A stretch of DNA of 64,000 nt from an uncultured Nitrospinota bacterium (GCA_963707985.1 CAVPRW010000037.1:64001-128000); one strand, 5' to 3'. Positions 10,885-22,367 are shown, numbered from the stretch's first letter. Numbers and translations are program-made. Notes: generated from the letters alone by a model not told the origin.

Positions 10885-12312
10885 CTACCCCTCGCTCCCC
10901 GGCGCCCGCCGCGTATGCCACGGCGTAGCCTGCTCATAGGCATGGGCCACCTGAAGCAGCGTCGCTTCGGCAAAGGGACGCGCCCCAAGCTGCAAACCGA
11001 TCGGCAAATGATCGCTGGTGAAGCCTCCGGGGATGGAAATTGCCGGCAACGCTGCCAAGGAGAAACAACCCGTATAGGCGCGCCGGAAAAAAAATCGTGA
11101 GCGCACGTCCTCAGCGCCGCTGAATGGAGCCGTCAAGGCGCTGTGCTTGGGCGGCGGAAGTGGCATGGTCGCGGAGGCCAGAATATCGACCTGCTGCAGT
11201 GCCTGCATGCATTGCTGTCGTAGGAGGACACGGGCTTTCATAGCCCGGTTGTACACCTTGGCGGGCACCAGAGCTGCCGCCTGCAGCCGGGTGCGCGACG
11301 CCTGGTCCAGTTCCGCCGCTCGATGCCGCAAGATTTCGTCTCGAGCGCCGGCCCCCTCGGTATCGGCCACTCCCACAAAGATCGCACCGGACAGCGCCAC
11401 GAGCGGGATGGAGATCTCCTGGACTTCTGCTCCAAGCTGGCGAAAAACGCCCAGCGCATCGGAGACGGCTTGCCTGACCTCGGGGTGCATATCGTCGTGC
11501 TCCTGCAGCTCGCGGATGAGGCCGATGCGCAAGCCCCGAATGCTCTGACCCAGTAACGCGGTGTAATCGGGGACGGCCTTATGGCTGGTAGTAGGGTCCT
11601 GTGCGTCGTAGCCGGCGATGGCACCCAACACAATGGCACAATCGCGGACTGTTTTTGTCATCGGCGAGGCAGCGTCGGTGAACCAGCACATGGGGGTCAT
11701 GCCGTAGCGGCTGACCCGGGTAAACGTGGGACGCAACCCAACCGCACTGCAGCAGGATGCCGGCCCACGCCCCGAGCCGCCGGTGTCCTCACCCACTGAG
11801 GCCGCACACAGATGTGCCGCCAATGCCACTCCCGAGCCGCTGCTCGATTCCCCTGGCGTGCGCTCCAGATCCCACGGGTTGCGGGGAATGCCATATGGTG
11901 GTTGCTGCGTGCCTCCCATAGCCAGCTCACTGAGGTTGAGTTTTCCGAGCACAATGGCCCCGGCTTCCTTGAGGCGGGTGACGATCGTCGCATCCTCGGA
12001 CGGTACGAAATCCCGGTACACCCGGGAGCCGTTGGTCGTCAGGATGCCTTTCGTCCAGAATTGATCCTTCACCGCCATCGGTACGCCGAACAGCGGGGGA
12101 AGCGCACCGTCGCGTCGCAATGCCTGTTCCGCCTGGCGGGCTGCCGCCAAGGCGTCGTCTCGCAACACCGTGATGTAGGCGTGCAAGTGTCCATCCAAGC
12201 GCTCGATGCGAGCCAGATACGCCTGCACCACGTCTACGGGCGACACTTGCTTGGTGGCGATGGCTGCAGCGGTCTCAGCGGCCGAAAGGAAGGCGAGATC
12301 GTCGCGGGCCAT
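10885..12312 (-). CDS. Amidase signature family enzyme (GatA/AtzE-like)
   Basis: VKD, PGESSSGS and DTGGS (Ser-cisSer-Lys triad). Confidence 0.92.
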   Translation of the reverse strand: MARDDLAFLSAAETAAAIATKQVSPVDVVQAYLARIERLDGHLHAYITVLRDDALAAARQAEQALRRDGALPPLFGVPMAVKDQFWTKGILTTNGSRVYRDFVPSEDATIVTRLKEAGAIVLGKLNLSELAMGGTQQPPYGIPRNPWDLERTPGESSSGSGVALAAHLCAASVGEDTGGSGRGPASCCSAVGLRPTFTRVSRYGMTPMCWFTDAASPMTKTVRDCAIVLGAIAGYDAQDPTTSHKAVPDYTALLGQSIRGLRIGLIRELQEHDDMHPEVRQAVSDALGVFRQLGAEVQEISIPLVALSGAIFVGVADTEGAGARDEILRHRAAELDQASRTRLQAAALVPAKVYNRAMKARVLLRQQCMQALQQVDILASATMPLPPPKHSALTAPFSGAEDVRSRFFFRRAYTGCFSLAALPAISIPGGFTSDHLPIGLQLGARPFAEATLLQVAHAYEQATPWHTRRAPGSEG

Positions 12313-12313
12313 G

Positions 12314-12496
12314 CTATTCCTCCTCTGGAAAGAGGGTTACCGGTTGGATGTCTGCGAGGTCGAGCGACGTCAGGCGTGCCAACTCCTGGAGCAAACCGTC
12401 GAATCGGTCGGCAACCTCAGCGATCTCGGATTCCATAATGGGAATGCCCACCAACTGGGCAAGTTCGCGAACACGATCTACCTTGGATAGAGCCAT
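12314..12496 (-). CDS. GatC-like small amidase subunit
   Basis: 60 aa, VRELAQLVGI...LDLADIQP, ending 1 nt before the amidase start. Confidence 0.75.
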   Translation of the reverse strand: MALSKVDRVRELAQLVGIPIMESEIAEVADRFDGLLQELARLTSLDLADIQPVTLFPEEE

Positions 12497-13048
12497 GGCT
12501 TTCTCTCTCAGCACGTATTCTGCCCAGAACCGACAATCTCACGATACGAAGGGTGTGAAGTCGAGCCCCGGAAACGGTCAAACGGCTCAAGAAGCGGGTG
12601 CGGGAGATCACCCGGCACACAACGTGGTAGGCAACCCATGGCAGGTCTATGTCCGAGGCCGTACACCTCTCCTGCTGCCTCACAAGGTGGTCACCGCCAG
12701 GGCGACGCGCATGGCGCTGGACAATGTGGTTCAGTGGGTGCAGCAAGACCATCTGGATAATGCGCAGGCCCATCAGCTAGTGCAGTAAATCGAGCCATAG
12801 GTCGCGCCGCCACCAGTGCAAATCTGGATGATAGAGACCCCAGAAACGCAGGTGGTTTACGGACTGTGGTGCCAGCGGACCCAAAATTCACCTATGTGGT
12901 CCAGCCCTGTCCTACATGTTCTAGCGGTCCTGACGGGACCGTGGGTTGAAGCTTCAAGATCCTCCTGCCAGTCCGAAATATCTGGCGATCGCCAAGATCA
13001 CCACCACTCCCCCTACCGCTGCCAATAGGTCCCAGCTCATACGTCCTC

Positions 13049-13963
13049 CTAAACAGCAAGCTCCATCAGATCACGCGCCAGGATGAAATCGTCGTGTAGT
13101 CCCTCCAATCCCGTCAGGATCTCGCGTGCGTTGGTGTAGCGAGCGCTGATATGCGTGAGCACCAGACGCTTGACTCCCGCCTCCTTGGCGAGCACTGCCG
13201 CTTGTCGTGATGTCGAATGGCCCTTCTCTGTGGCCTCTTGTTCCGCGCCCGGGGCCAGGGTGCTGTCATAGAGCAACAAATCAGCATCGCGAGCCAACAG
13301 AGCCGCCTCGGGACAGGGGCGCGTGTCCAGGCAATAGCCAATGCGGCGGCCGCGTTTCGGTGGACCGAGCACCTCATGGGAATAAATGGTGCGACCATCG
13401 GCCAGTGTCACCTGCTGCCCCCTCTGCAGGCGCCCATAAATCGGACCTGTGGGGATGCCCAGGGCCTCGGCCCGCGCCACATCGAAGGTGCCCGGTTTGT
13501 CACGCTCTTGCCAGGCATAGCCGTGGGTCGGGATGCGGTGATTGAGCGGCTGACATTCGATCGTGTAGGTCTCGGTCTGGCAAATGGTCCCTGGATGGGC
13601 CTCATGGAAGATGATCGGGTAGCTGAAGCCAGTGCTCAGCAGCCGAGCCGAGGTCGTCACATAGTCTGCCAGCGCCGCCGGGCCATACAACTCGATGGGG
13701 CGTTCGCGTCCGGACAGTTCCATCGTCATCAGTAGTCCCATAATCCCGATGACATGGTCGCCGTGCATATGGGTAATGAAAATCCGGCTCAGCCGTCCAT
13801 GGCGCAGGCCGGCCTTCCGCAGCTGCAGCTGTGTGCCTTCGCCGCAATCGAAGAGGAGCGTTTCCCCTTCGTACAGGACCACCGTTCCCGATGTGCGGCG
13901 CTCTGGCGTGGGCAGGGCTGCTCCAGTACCAAGTAAAATGACTTGCAACGGAATGGCCACCAT
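13049..13963 (-). CDS. rnz: Ribonuclease Z
   Basis: LGTG, FDCGEGTQ, THMHGDH, exosite GP loop, GHST and THISARY. Confidence 0.95.
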   Translation of the reverse strand: MVAIPLQVILLGTGAALPTPERRTSGTVVLYEGETLLFDCGEGTQLQLRKAGLRHGRLSRIFITHMHGDHVIGIMGLLMTMELSGRERPIELYGPAALADYVTTSARLLSTGFSYPIIFHEAHPGTICQTETYTIECQPLNHRIPTHGYAWQERDKPGTFDVARAEALGIPTGPIYGRLQRGQQVTLADGRTIYSHEVLGPPKRGRRIGYCLDTRPCPEAALLARDADLLLYDSTLAPGAEQEATEKGHSTSRQAAVLAKEAGVKRLVLTHISARYTNAREILTGLEGLHDDFILARDLMELAV

Positions 13964-14133
13964 CTCACCTCTTCTACCAGTATAGGATACATGGCATTAT
14001 ACGGAAGGGTGGCCCCATCAGCAAGGACAGCGCCCCATTGCCCTAAATCTATCCCACAAGGGGGCGGTGTGCTCGCCATCGCCTCCTGCTCAACGAAGGG
14101 TAGAGGAATGGCGGACAGTCAGGGACCCGACGC

Positions 14134-14163
14134 TTGACAGGAAGGTTCGGGTAAGTATAGAGT
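14134..14163 (+). promoter_or_regulatory. Sigma70-like promoter
   Basis: TTGACA at 14134, then TATAGA (16-nt spacer) or TAGAGT (18-nt spacer). Confidence 0.45.
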
Positions 14164-14710
14164 ACATCGGCAAATTTGGCGAATGTCTCGTCGGCTGTAC
14201 CACTCAAAGGGAGGAGGGTTGTCGATGCTGCCGCGTAGACTCTGGACCGTGGGCGCTTGTGCACACGTCTGATGGCACGCTGCTTCCATAGGGGAGCAGG
14301 TACACGGGCTGTACCTGACACAGGAGGGCCGGGAAGGGAAGGGCGCAGCGGAACAGACAGCGGTGAGGGGTGCCTCGGGTTGGCCCAGGTTGGGTCGACT
14401 CTGGTGTGGATGAACCATCGTCACACGCCAACTATCCTGACCTTGTCCTCCATCTAGCCTCCGTCCTCATTACCTTCACGGGATTTCCCCATCACTTTTT
14501 CTCATGCCTGACAAGAGGCCGCAGGAGTCTGCCTGCCAGTCCCATGTTTAATTGCTGGCAGCGCTCTGACGGCCTGATGGCTCGTGCCTCATCGTCGTCG
14601 AACCGGGCCGTGGCGAGTGCTTGCGGTGGGCTCGACGAATGCACTGGATGAAGAGCCCAAGGTACCCCAGGGCATTCCATCACCCAGAACCGTCATGCGG
14701 GAGGAACTGT

Positions 14711-15877
14711 ATGAGCTTCATGATGAACAGAAGGTGTGTTGCCGGACTGTTAGGTGCCATGCTCCTGGTCGGGGCGGTGTCGCTGATCCTGGCTGGCGAG
14801 TCGAGCTCGACGAAAACCACTCAGGGTGATGCAGCTGCACGCCAGGCGACCTTTGAGGTGCGCCACGAACTCAAAGTCATGGTCCCGGAAGGCGCTCAGC
14901 GCGTCCGTGTCTGGTTCGTCTTACCACAGGAAGACCCTATTCCAGGCGATGGGACCGCGTCGGCCCAGCGTGTCAGCGATTTGCAGATCGACGCACCATA
15001 TCCGTATCGCGTCGAGCGCGATTCTGAGGGCAGCAAAGTTCTCTATCTTGAGGCCACCAACCCAAAAGATAAAGAGCTGAAGATCGTCGAGACCTTCGTC
15101 GTGACGCGTAATGAAGTGCGCACGAGTGTCGATTCGAGTAAGGCCAAACCGCTGACGGATGCCGACCGCGCCAAGCTCGCACCATATCTCGCCGCCAACA
15201 AGCATGTCGAGATCGACGATGAGATTCGCAAGCTGGCCCATGAGATCATCGGCGATGAGACCAATCCTGTCCTGGCGGCCCGCAAACTCTACGACTGGAC
15301 ATTACTCAACGTCGATTACTGGGTGAAAGACCCCAAGAACAAAAAAGCCTCGCCGGTCGGCAGCACCACCTACTGCCTGACCTTCCGCACCGGTAACTGC
15401 ACCGATTTCGAATCGCTGTGGACCTCGCTGGCACGGGCCTCGGGCATTCCCACCCGCATCGTCTACGGTTCATTCTTCAAGCCCGATCTTAATGGTGTTG
15501 ATGGCGACCAGAGCTACCACTGCTGGGCAATCTTCTATGCCCCGGGGCTGGGATGGATTCCCCACGACGTGGCAGTCGCCGACATGTATGTCGGGGACAT
15601 GGTGGCAACGCCTGACAACGAAACGCTGATGCGTCGTACCACTGCGGATGGGATGTTCGGAGTCGATCCAGCCAAGGTGGACTACTACTTCGGGAATTTG
15701 GATGAACGCCGCATCGTGTGGTCGATCGGACGCGACCTGATCTTGAGCCCAAAGCAGGATGGGGATCCAGTCAATGCCATGGCCAAAGCCTACGTGGAGA
15801 TCGATGGCAAATTGCACCCCGAAGGAGCCAACGGCTGGGTTCGGAAGCTGACATACCGCGAGCGCAAAGCAAGCTAG
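14711..15877 (+). CDS. Exported transglutaminase-like protein
   Basis: Signal-like N-terminus; GNCTDF, YHCWA and WIPHD give a Cys-His-Asp triad. Confidence 0.9.
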   Translation: MSFMMNRRCVAGLLGAMLLVGAVSLILAGESSSTKTTQGDAAARQATFEVRHELKVMVPEGAQRVRVWFVLPQEDPIPGDGTASAQRVSDLQIDAPYPYRVERDSEGSKVLYLEATNPKDKELKIVETFVVTRNEVRTSVDSSKAKPLTDADRAKLAPYLAANKHVEIDDEIRKLAHEIIGDETNPVLAARKLYDWTLLNVDYWVKDPKNKKASPVGSTTYCLTFRTGNCTDFESLWTSLARASGIPTRIVYGSFFKPDLNGVDGDQSYHCWAIFYAPGLGWIPHDVAVADMYVGDMVATPDNETLMRRTTADGMFGVDPAKVDYYFGNLDERRIVWSIGRDLILSPKQDGDPVNAMAKAYVEIDGKLHPEGANGWVRKLTYRERKAS

Positions 15878-16287
15878 CAGCCTACCCGACCCGGCACAAC
15901 CATCCCTCCGGCGTGCTACCAGCTCATCGGTGCATGCAGGGGGGTGCCAGCTGACGCCCTCCCCGCCTGCTCTCCGAGCCCTGGCCTGAGCGTCCGTGCC
16001 CCGCTCATACGTGCATCTAAGCTCCTCTCGGTAGCCCCATCACGAGCTTGGAGTTGGACGTCGAATTCCATGTTGGCGTGTAGGAAAGGAGATATTACGG
16101 ACCTGAGAGCGGGCGTGACCATAGTACTTTGGGCATTATAGCCATTTTAACATGCTTGGACTATAATGGACCATTGCCGCGGTGGGCAAATAGCACAGCA
16201 GAGCATGCCTTTCCCATCTGTAACAGGACAGGCGTTGCCGTGAAAATGGCGGGCGATGTGTGCAGCCAGGCGACAGGAGGGTCGGAG

Positions 16288-16485
16288 ATGCTCGTGCCTT
16301 TGGGTGATGTCGAGTCTGTAGAATTCGATCAGGTCTCAAGGAAGATCAGCCGCATCACCATCAAGCGCGGCTTCCTGTTCCACACCGAGGTAACGATTCC
16401 GGCCAGCATGATTAGCACGATCAGCGACCGTATTGCCCTCAACATCGACGCCGAAACCGTGAAAAGCCTCGCGCCCAGCAAGTAA
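16288..16485 (+). CDS. Small PRC-barrel-like protein or fragment
   Basis: LGDVESV...ITIKRGFLFHTEVTIP; RBS upstream. Confidence 0.6.
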   Translation: MLVPLGDVESVEFDQVSRKISRITIKRGFLFHTEVTIPASMISTISDRIALNIDAETVKSLAPSK

Positions 16486-16494
16486 GCACATCTG

Positions 16495-17919
16495 ATGTGG
16501 CTACATGGGCTAGATTGGAGTCGAGCTATGGCGTTTTTGACTGCTCTCGCGGGTGTGCTTCGAGCGCGCTCACCGCTGCAAGCGACTGGTGCTGCGAGCC
16601 CATCCATGGAGACGACATCCGCGACTGTGCCGACCGCAGGGCGGGAAGACGGTCCGCCAGCGGCCTCGGCTGAGCTGGGGGACCATCCTTCCATGATGGA
16701 GGAAGAGCCGGAACCCAGCAAGCATGAAAAGAACTTGATGCTCCATCTGAGTAATGTCTCGCATGCCGTCAATCATTTCCAGAATCAGATGATGACCATG
16801 TTGTGGCCATTCATTATGGCCGAGCTGGGCATGAGCTACACTCAGGTGGGCGTCCTGTCGGCCATTACTGGCGCGATCAATAGCGTCTGCCAGGGTGCGT
16901 ACGGATTCTTAACGCCGTTTTTCTCACGCTGTAAAATCCTCGGATTGGGCAACACGGGCATCGCGCTGGGGACCTTGATGAGTGGCCTGGCGGGCTCTTA
17001 TCCTATGCTGATCGTAGCCCGGAGCGTCGCTGCCATCGGCTCCAGCGCCCAGCATCCGGTAGGCTACAGCATCCTCTCCAGCTACTTCCCGAAGAACCGC
17101 GGCACCGTGATCGCGATGAATACCAGTGTCTCGAATGTGGGCACGCTGGTTGCGACGCCCCTGGCGACTGCGTTGCTGCTGTTTATGAGTTGGCGGGCGA
17201 TCTTCTTGGTGGTCACACTGGTCAGCCTCGTCATGGGGGTGGTCTATTTCTTCTTCCCAGATTATGGGGCCCCGAGTCGCGTGGGGTCTGGAAGGACTCG
17301 ACTGTCCCAGGGTTTCAGGAGCTACCGGCGGGTGCTGAAGAACCGTAACATGGTGCTCATCGCCCTCGTGTTCATGGTCGGTGGAGCAGGCCGCGACGGT
17401 GGGGTAAACCAGATCTACTTCGCGCCGCACCTCGCCAACGATTTTGGCTTTTCGGCGCTGATGGTCGGCACCTTAATGACTGCTATTAGTATTGGCAGCA
17501 TCGTCGGCCCCATCGTGTTCGGATGGCTTTCCGATAAGCTGAGCCGCACGCGCATGCTGCAGGCGTCTCTGGCGCTGTCCTGCATGGGCTCGCTCTGGGT
17601 CGCCCATCTTGGGCCGAGTGTAGTCGTGCTCTTTAGCAGCCTCCTGCTGTATAGTGCCTTCACCTCCTCACGCGGTCCCCAGACGCAGGCCATCATTGCC
17701 GATTCGACCACCGACGACGATCGAGACGCGGCCTTTAGCACGTATTTCCTGCTGGGCTTCCTGTCTCAGCCGTTCTGGGTGCTGGTTACAGGCTACCTCA
17801 TGGACAAAGCAGGATTCTCGACCGCACTGACGGTGCTCAGTGCAACGTACATCGTGGGTATCGTGATTCTGTGTTTCGTGCGCGATGAGCGCCCATCGGA
17901 GAGAAAAGCCGCCGCCTGA
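16495..17919 (+). CDS. MFS transporter (start uncertain)
   Basis: About 12 hydrophobic segments and GWLSDKLSR motif A. Confidence 0.92.
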   Translation: MWLHGLDWSRAMAFLTALAGVLRARSPLQATGAASPSMETTSATVPTAGREDGPPAASAELGDHPSMMEEEPEPSKHEKNLMLHLSNVSHAVNHFQNQMMTMLWPFIMAELGMSYTQVGVLSAITGAINSVCQGAYGFLTPFFSRCKILGLGNTGIALGTLMSGLAGSYPMLIVARSVAAIGSSAQHPVGYSILSSYFPKNRGTVIAMNTSVSNVGTLVATPLATALLLFMSWRAIFLVVTLVSLVMGVVYFFFPDYGAPSRVGSGRTRLSQGFRSYRRVLKNRNMVLIALVFMVGGAGRDGGVNQIYFAPHLANDFGFSALMVGTLMTAISIGSIVGPIVFGWLSDKLSRTRMLQASLALSCMGSLWVAHLGPSVVVLFSSLLLYSAFTSSRGPQTQAIIADSTTDDDRDAAFSTYFLLGFLSQPFWVLVTGYLMDKAGFSTALTVLSATYIVGIVILCFVRDERPSERKAAA

Positions 17920-18057
17920 ATAGCCTCGTGTAGTCTGCGCTCCCGCAAGGTCGCGCGGCAAGAATGGAAGGGCGGCACGTGGCTGGTTCCGTGCAAGCCA
18001 AGGAATCGCGCTGGTTCCGCCCTGCCTCTAGTGCTTAGCGCCCGGTCCCGCCAATGG

Positions 18058-18969
18058 TTAGGGGAGCCGGCGCAGTTTCTCAAATACATCCGGCGGCAAC
18101 GGTTCGCTCGCGGCAGCGTTGGCTTTGGCTTGCTCGGGGGTGCGAATGCCAGGAATGGTGACGTCAACGTTGGGATTCGAGACGCAGAAGCGGATGGCCA
18201 CTTCAGCCAGCGGCCGGCCATAGTCGCTCACAATTTCGGAGATCCGCCTCACCCGAGCCACCATGGCGGGCAGTCGATCGGGGGCGAGAATGTTGCGCCG
18301 CCGATCACCCTCGACGAAGGTGGCATGCTCATCAAAGCGACCGGATAACAAGCCACGCTTCAACGGCACGCGCGAGATGACGCCCACGCCCGACGCTTTC
18401 GCCTTGGCGAAGACACCCTCGGCCTCCTGGTCGAGCAGGTTGTACTCCATCTGCATAACGGCCGGCTGGCCCAACTCGATGGCCAGCTCACACTCCTCCA
18501 GGGTATTGACCGAGACACCCCAATGTTTGATTTTGCCTTCTGCCTTGAATTTTTCGAGTAACTCAAAACTATCGCCGGCTTTGAGGTTTTGCACCGACGG
18601 GTTGTGCAACAGGTACACATCGATGGCGTCGACCCCGAGTCGCTGCAGGCTGCCTTCAAGGCAACCGCGGATGTAATCCGGGGTGAAATTCCGTGCCCCC
18701 GTGACCATATTGTTGCCGCCTTTGGTGCAGATGATGATCTGGTCGCGGTCTGGGCGCTCGCGCAAGAACCGGCCGATGATTTGCTCACTGCGTCCGGCTC
18801 CATAGGCATCCGAGGTGTCGATGAACCGCATCCCCGCGTCGATCGCCGCATGCAGCGCTTGCGTGCTCTCAGCATCGTCGACGGGACCAAAAAACCCACC
18901 GATGGTAATCGAGCCGAATCCGACCACGGTCACTTCCAGGCCTGTCCGGCCGAGCATACGTGTGTCCAT
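18058..18969 (-). CDS. Aldo/keto reductase
   Basis: LGRTGL, IDTSDAYG, YLLHNP and IPGIRT. Confidence 0.95.
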   Translation of the reverse strand: MDTRMLGRTGLEVTVVGFGSITIGGFFGPVDDAESTQALHAAIDAGMRFIDTSDAYGAGRSEQIIGRFLRERPDRDQIIICTKGGNNMVTGARNFTPDYIRGCLEGSLQRLGVDAIDVYLLHNPSVQNLKAGDSFELLEKFKAEGKIKHWGVSVNTLEECELAIELGQPAVMQMEYNLLDQEAEGVFAKAKASGVGVISRVPLKRGLLSGRFDEHATFVEGDRRRNILAPDRLPAMVARVRRISEIVSDYGRPLAEVAIRFCVSNPNVDVTIPGIRTPEQAKANAAASEPLPPDVFEKLRRLP

Positions 18970-19048
18970 CGTGAAATTCCCCCCTACGAAAAGCCTCCAT
19001 GTCGCCGTCTGATCCTGCTCTCCCGGTATATACCAGCCGAGCAGGGGT

Positions 19049-19693
19049 CTATCCGACGGCAGGATACGATTGCCCCCAACGATCGAGGTAGACGATCTCG
19101 GCCAGTGGTGCACGCCGCACCGGGCCAAAGCGACCCCTTGGGTAACCGATGGGAAGAATAGCGTAGGAATGCATCCCGGCTGGCAAGCCTAGTGCCGCCT
19201 CAACCTCTTTTTCGTATTGTAAGTGCCTGGTGGTCAGGGTCGCACCAAGCCCCAAGGCTCTGGCAGCGAGCAACATATTCTGCACTGCAGGGTAAATCGA
19301 GGCTCCGGAGCTACGCGTGGGTGTGCCTTCCCCGGTTTCCAGGCAGGCGACGATCCATATCGGGGCTTCGTGAAAGTGGTCGGTCAGATATTCGACCGCA
19401 TCATGCTGGCGGTCGTACTGCTCACGGGTCACGCCGGGAGGTGGCGTGCTGGTGCGATAACGTGGCCCCACGACTTCGTCGAAAGCGCGCTTGTAATAAT
19501 GTTGTACCTTCTCCTTGATGGCGCGGTCTTTGACGACTAGAAAGCGCCAGGGTTGGCGGTTGCCACCGTTGGCGGCGCACACCCCTGCCTCTAGGATCTT
19601 GCGGACCAGCTCGTCGGGGACAGGGTCGGGTTTCAGACGACGCATGGCGCGCGTCGTGCCGATGATCTCAAACAGGTTCGTGGCTTCGGACAT
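19049..19693 (-). CDS. Nitroreductase family protein
   Basis: RAMRR, NRQPWRF and AVQNMLLAARALGLG. Confidence 0.93.
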   Translation of the reverse strand: MSEATNLFEIIGTTRAMRRLKPDPVPDELVRKILEAGVCAANGGNRQPWRFLVVKDRAIKEKVQHYYKRAFDEVVGPRYRTSTPPPGVTREQYDRQHDAVEYLTDHFHEAPIWIVACLETGEGTPTRSSGASIYPAVQNMLLAARALGLGATLTTRHLQYEKEVEAALGLPAGMHSYAILPIGYPRGRFGPVRRAPLAEIVYLDRWGQSYPAVG

Positions 19694-20019
19694 ACGGCTC
19701 TCCTTCATCCTGGTCGTTAGGGATAAGGCCTACTGATATTGCCACATCGATTGAGGCCGTATCGTACACTATTCCTTTCGCCCTCACAACCGCCCTGCTG
19801 GTTTCCTCCCGGCCTTGAACTCTTACACTTGCCGGGGATCAAGGGGGGATGAAAGAGCGTGAGAACGGCTCCCCAGGTGGTCTGCAGGCGTGCCGCTTGG
19901 GGGCAGGGCGATGCTTCTGCGGGGGAGTTGTCGGCATATACCTGGCAGGGTCTCCTGGTCCTGGAGTCATTCGCGTTGGCCGTGCGGCAGCAGCTCGCGA
20001 AAGCCGCGACAGAGGAGGC

Positions 20020-20985
20020 TCAGAGACTAGCCAAGAACTCGATCAACAGGCGGTTGACCTCCGCTGGCCGCTCCTGCTGAATCCAGTGTCCGGCGTCTGG
20101 CAAGAGGACTTTTTGTCGGAGATTAGGCATGGTGTCCTCCAGGGCGTCGAAGGCCGAGCGGTACATGGTGACCACCGCATCCGCAGCCCCGGCGATGAAG
20201 AGCGACGGCTGGCGCAGCGGTGCACCGCACAGGCAGCGCGTCAGCTCCCACAAGCGGTCAAGATTGCGGTACCAGTTTAATCCGCCGCGGAAGCCGCTGT
20301 GCTCAAAGGCTGCAGTGAAGACATCGAGATCGTGCTCGGTCAGCCAGGGGGGAAGAGTCTCCGGCACGGTGCCACTGTCGAGAAATCGTTCTGACTTGCC
20401 GAACAAGAACCGCCAGCGCCGTTCCGGTGGCGGGTCCCCTGACGCGGAATAGAGAAATGTGGCCAGGGACAGGCGGACATTGGCTTCGAGCTCGGCCTCA
20501 GCCTTGCCCGGCTCCTGGAAATACAGCTGGTAGAACTGTTGCTCACCTGCCAGGAGCCGCATCATCTCGGTGGGCCGCGGGTCCGACCAGGATCGTTGAA
20601 TATAAGGCACGCTCAGCAGCGCGACACCCCTAAACAGGTCTGGCCGCAGCAGGGCACAGTGCCATGCCACCGGGGACCCCCAGTCGTGCCCGACGATGGT
20701 CGCGCGCGTCTCGCCCAGGGCGTGGACGAGTCCCACCATATCCGCCGTCAGGTGCAGGATGTGGTAGTCCTCAATGGGTTCGGGGCGGTCCGTCTCTCCA
20801 TAGCCGCGCTGATCTGGTGCCACCGCATGGTATCCAGCCGCCGCCAGTGCAGAGAGCTGATGCCGCCAGGAGTACCAGCACTCTGGGAACCCGTGACAGA
20901 GAATGACCAGTGGTCCCTCCCCTGCCTCGGCGACATGCATCCGGATGCCGTTGGTCTCAACGAAACGCTGGTTTGTCCCAGCCAT
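20020..20985 (-). CDS. Epoxide hydrolase (alpha/beta hydrolase)
   Basis: HGFP, GHDWG, LNWYR and GHWIQQE. Confidence 0.93.
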   Translation of the reverse strand: MAGTNQRFVETNGIRMHVAEAGEGPLVILCHGFPECWYSWRHQLSALAAAGYHAVAPDQRGYGETDRPEPIEDYHILHLTADMVGLVHALGETRATIVGHDWGSPVAWHCALLRPDLFRGVALLSVPYIQRSWSDPRPTEMMRLLAGEQQFYQLYFQEPGKAEAELEANVRLSLATFLYSASGDPPPERRWRFLFGKSERFLDSGTVPETLPPWLTEHDLDVFTAAFEHSGFRGGLNWYRNLDRLWELTRCLCGAPLRQPSLFIAGAADAVVTMYRSAFDALEDTMPNLRQKVLLPDAGHWIQQERPAEVNRLLIEFLASL

Positions 20986-21359
20986 AAGAGCTCCCTCTGG
21001 AAAATTGCCGGCCGTGCGGCGGTGAGAAATGCCAGGCCACCCATGTGCGCCATACTACCACACCTCAGCGACACTGCTATGAGATACGGCCATGATGTGC
21101 CGCATATCCCCGCGTCGCTGGTGAGACGGGCGCCAGTCGATACCCCGCCAGATGCACCGGAGTGACAAGCCGTGCCTCATGCACTATCATTTCCACTACC
21201 ATCACATCATTCAAGCGGCCTACATCACGTCCGGCATCACTAAAGCATTTGCTCCCTCGAGTCCGCTCGAATATTATCTAAAGGACGGCTCCGAGCCAGC
21301 AGTGTTGATGGGTCTCACGTACGTCACATACAGGTACATACATACAGCAAAGGCTTGCC

Positions 21360-22265
21360 TTGGAGGAGAGACCCGTGGGAACATCCAAGAGACGGCATAC
21401 CTATGGCAGTTATCTAGCACTCGATAAGCTTCTGAGCTGTCAGAATACCAAGACAAACGCGGATAGCGAGCTACTTTTTATCGTGATTCATCAGTCGAAC
21501 GAACTGTGGTTCAAGGTCTTGATCCATGAGCTTGAAAACGCCATCTCATCGCTGTACAAGGGCGACGAGTTGTCCGCCTACAAAGTCCTGGCGAGAGCCT
21601 CGCAAATTCTGCTACTCCTGACCAGAACCTGGGATGTGCTGTCGACGCTGACTCCGAACGAATTTCGCGTGTTTCGAGACTCTGTCGGGCAAGATAACGC
21701 CTCTGGATTCCAGTCTCATCAGTATCGCATGGTCGAGTTCTTATTAGGCCTCAAATCGCGGCTCAGGTACTTCGACACGAAAGATGGCGAAAAGAGCATG
21801 GACGTCATTGCGCTGCAGGGCAAATCCGATATTCACGAGCAGCTGCTCCGCCAGCAGCGGAAGCCGAGTGTGTATGACGCGACGTTGCACTTGCTGAGTG
21901 CCAGGTTCCGAAAGTCTGGATTACGGCCGAAGCCCCAGCAGGAGGACTTCTCAGAGGGCCATCAATACTCGCAACCAGCGTATAAATGCTGGCACGCGGT
22001 TTACTCGACCCCTCAGAAATATATGTCGTTGTTTCAATTAGCGGAGAAGTTGATCGACATTGAAGATGCTTTCCGGCAATGGCGATTCAGACACCTCGTC
22101 ACCGTTGCGCGGGTCATCGGACAAAATACTGGAACCGGTGGCTCGACGGGATTGCGGTATCTGCAAAAAGTCGCAATCGATGGTATGGAGAATCCTCTCT
22201 TCCCCGAGATTTGGGAGGTGCGAAACCAAATCTATGAGCCGTCCCACCCGACTTCGGCCACCTAG
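21360..22265 (+). CDS. kynA: Tryptophan 2,3-dioxygenase family
   Basis: YGSYL, FIVIHQ, SGFQSHQYR, WRFRH and GTGGS. Confidence 0.9.
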   Translation: MEERPVGTSKRRHTYGSYLALDKLLSCQNTKTNADSELLFIVIHQSNELWFKVLIHELENAISSLYKGDELSAYKVLARASQILLLLTRTWDVLSTLTPNEFRVFRDSVGQDNASGFQSHQYRMVEFLLGLKSRLRYFDTKDGEKSMDVIALQGKSDIHEQLLRQQRKPSVYDATLHLLSARFRKSGLRPKPQQEDFSEGHQYSQPAYKCWHAVYSTPQKYMSLFQLAEKLIDIEDAFRQWRFRHLVTVARVIGQNTGTGGSTGLRYLQKVAIDGMENPLFPEIWEVRNQIYEPSHPTSAT

Positions 22266-22367
22266 GGCACTAAGCGGCTGTCAGAGACTAAAGTCTTCGA
22301 AAAGTAAGCTATGATTCACGAATGAGGGCGAGCCTGAAATTCGACTTTTTCTGAACGCTGGCAATTG

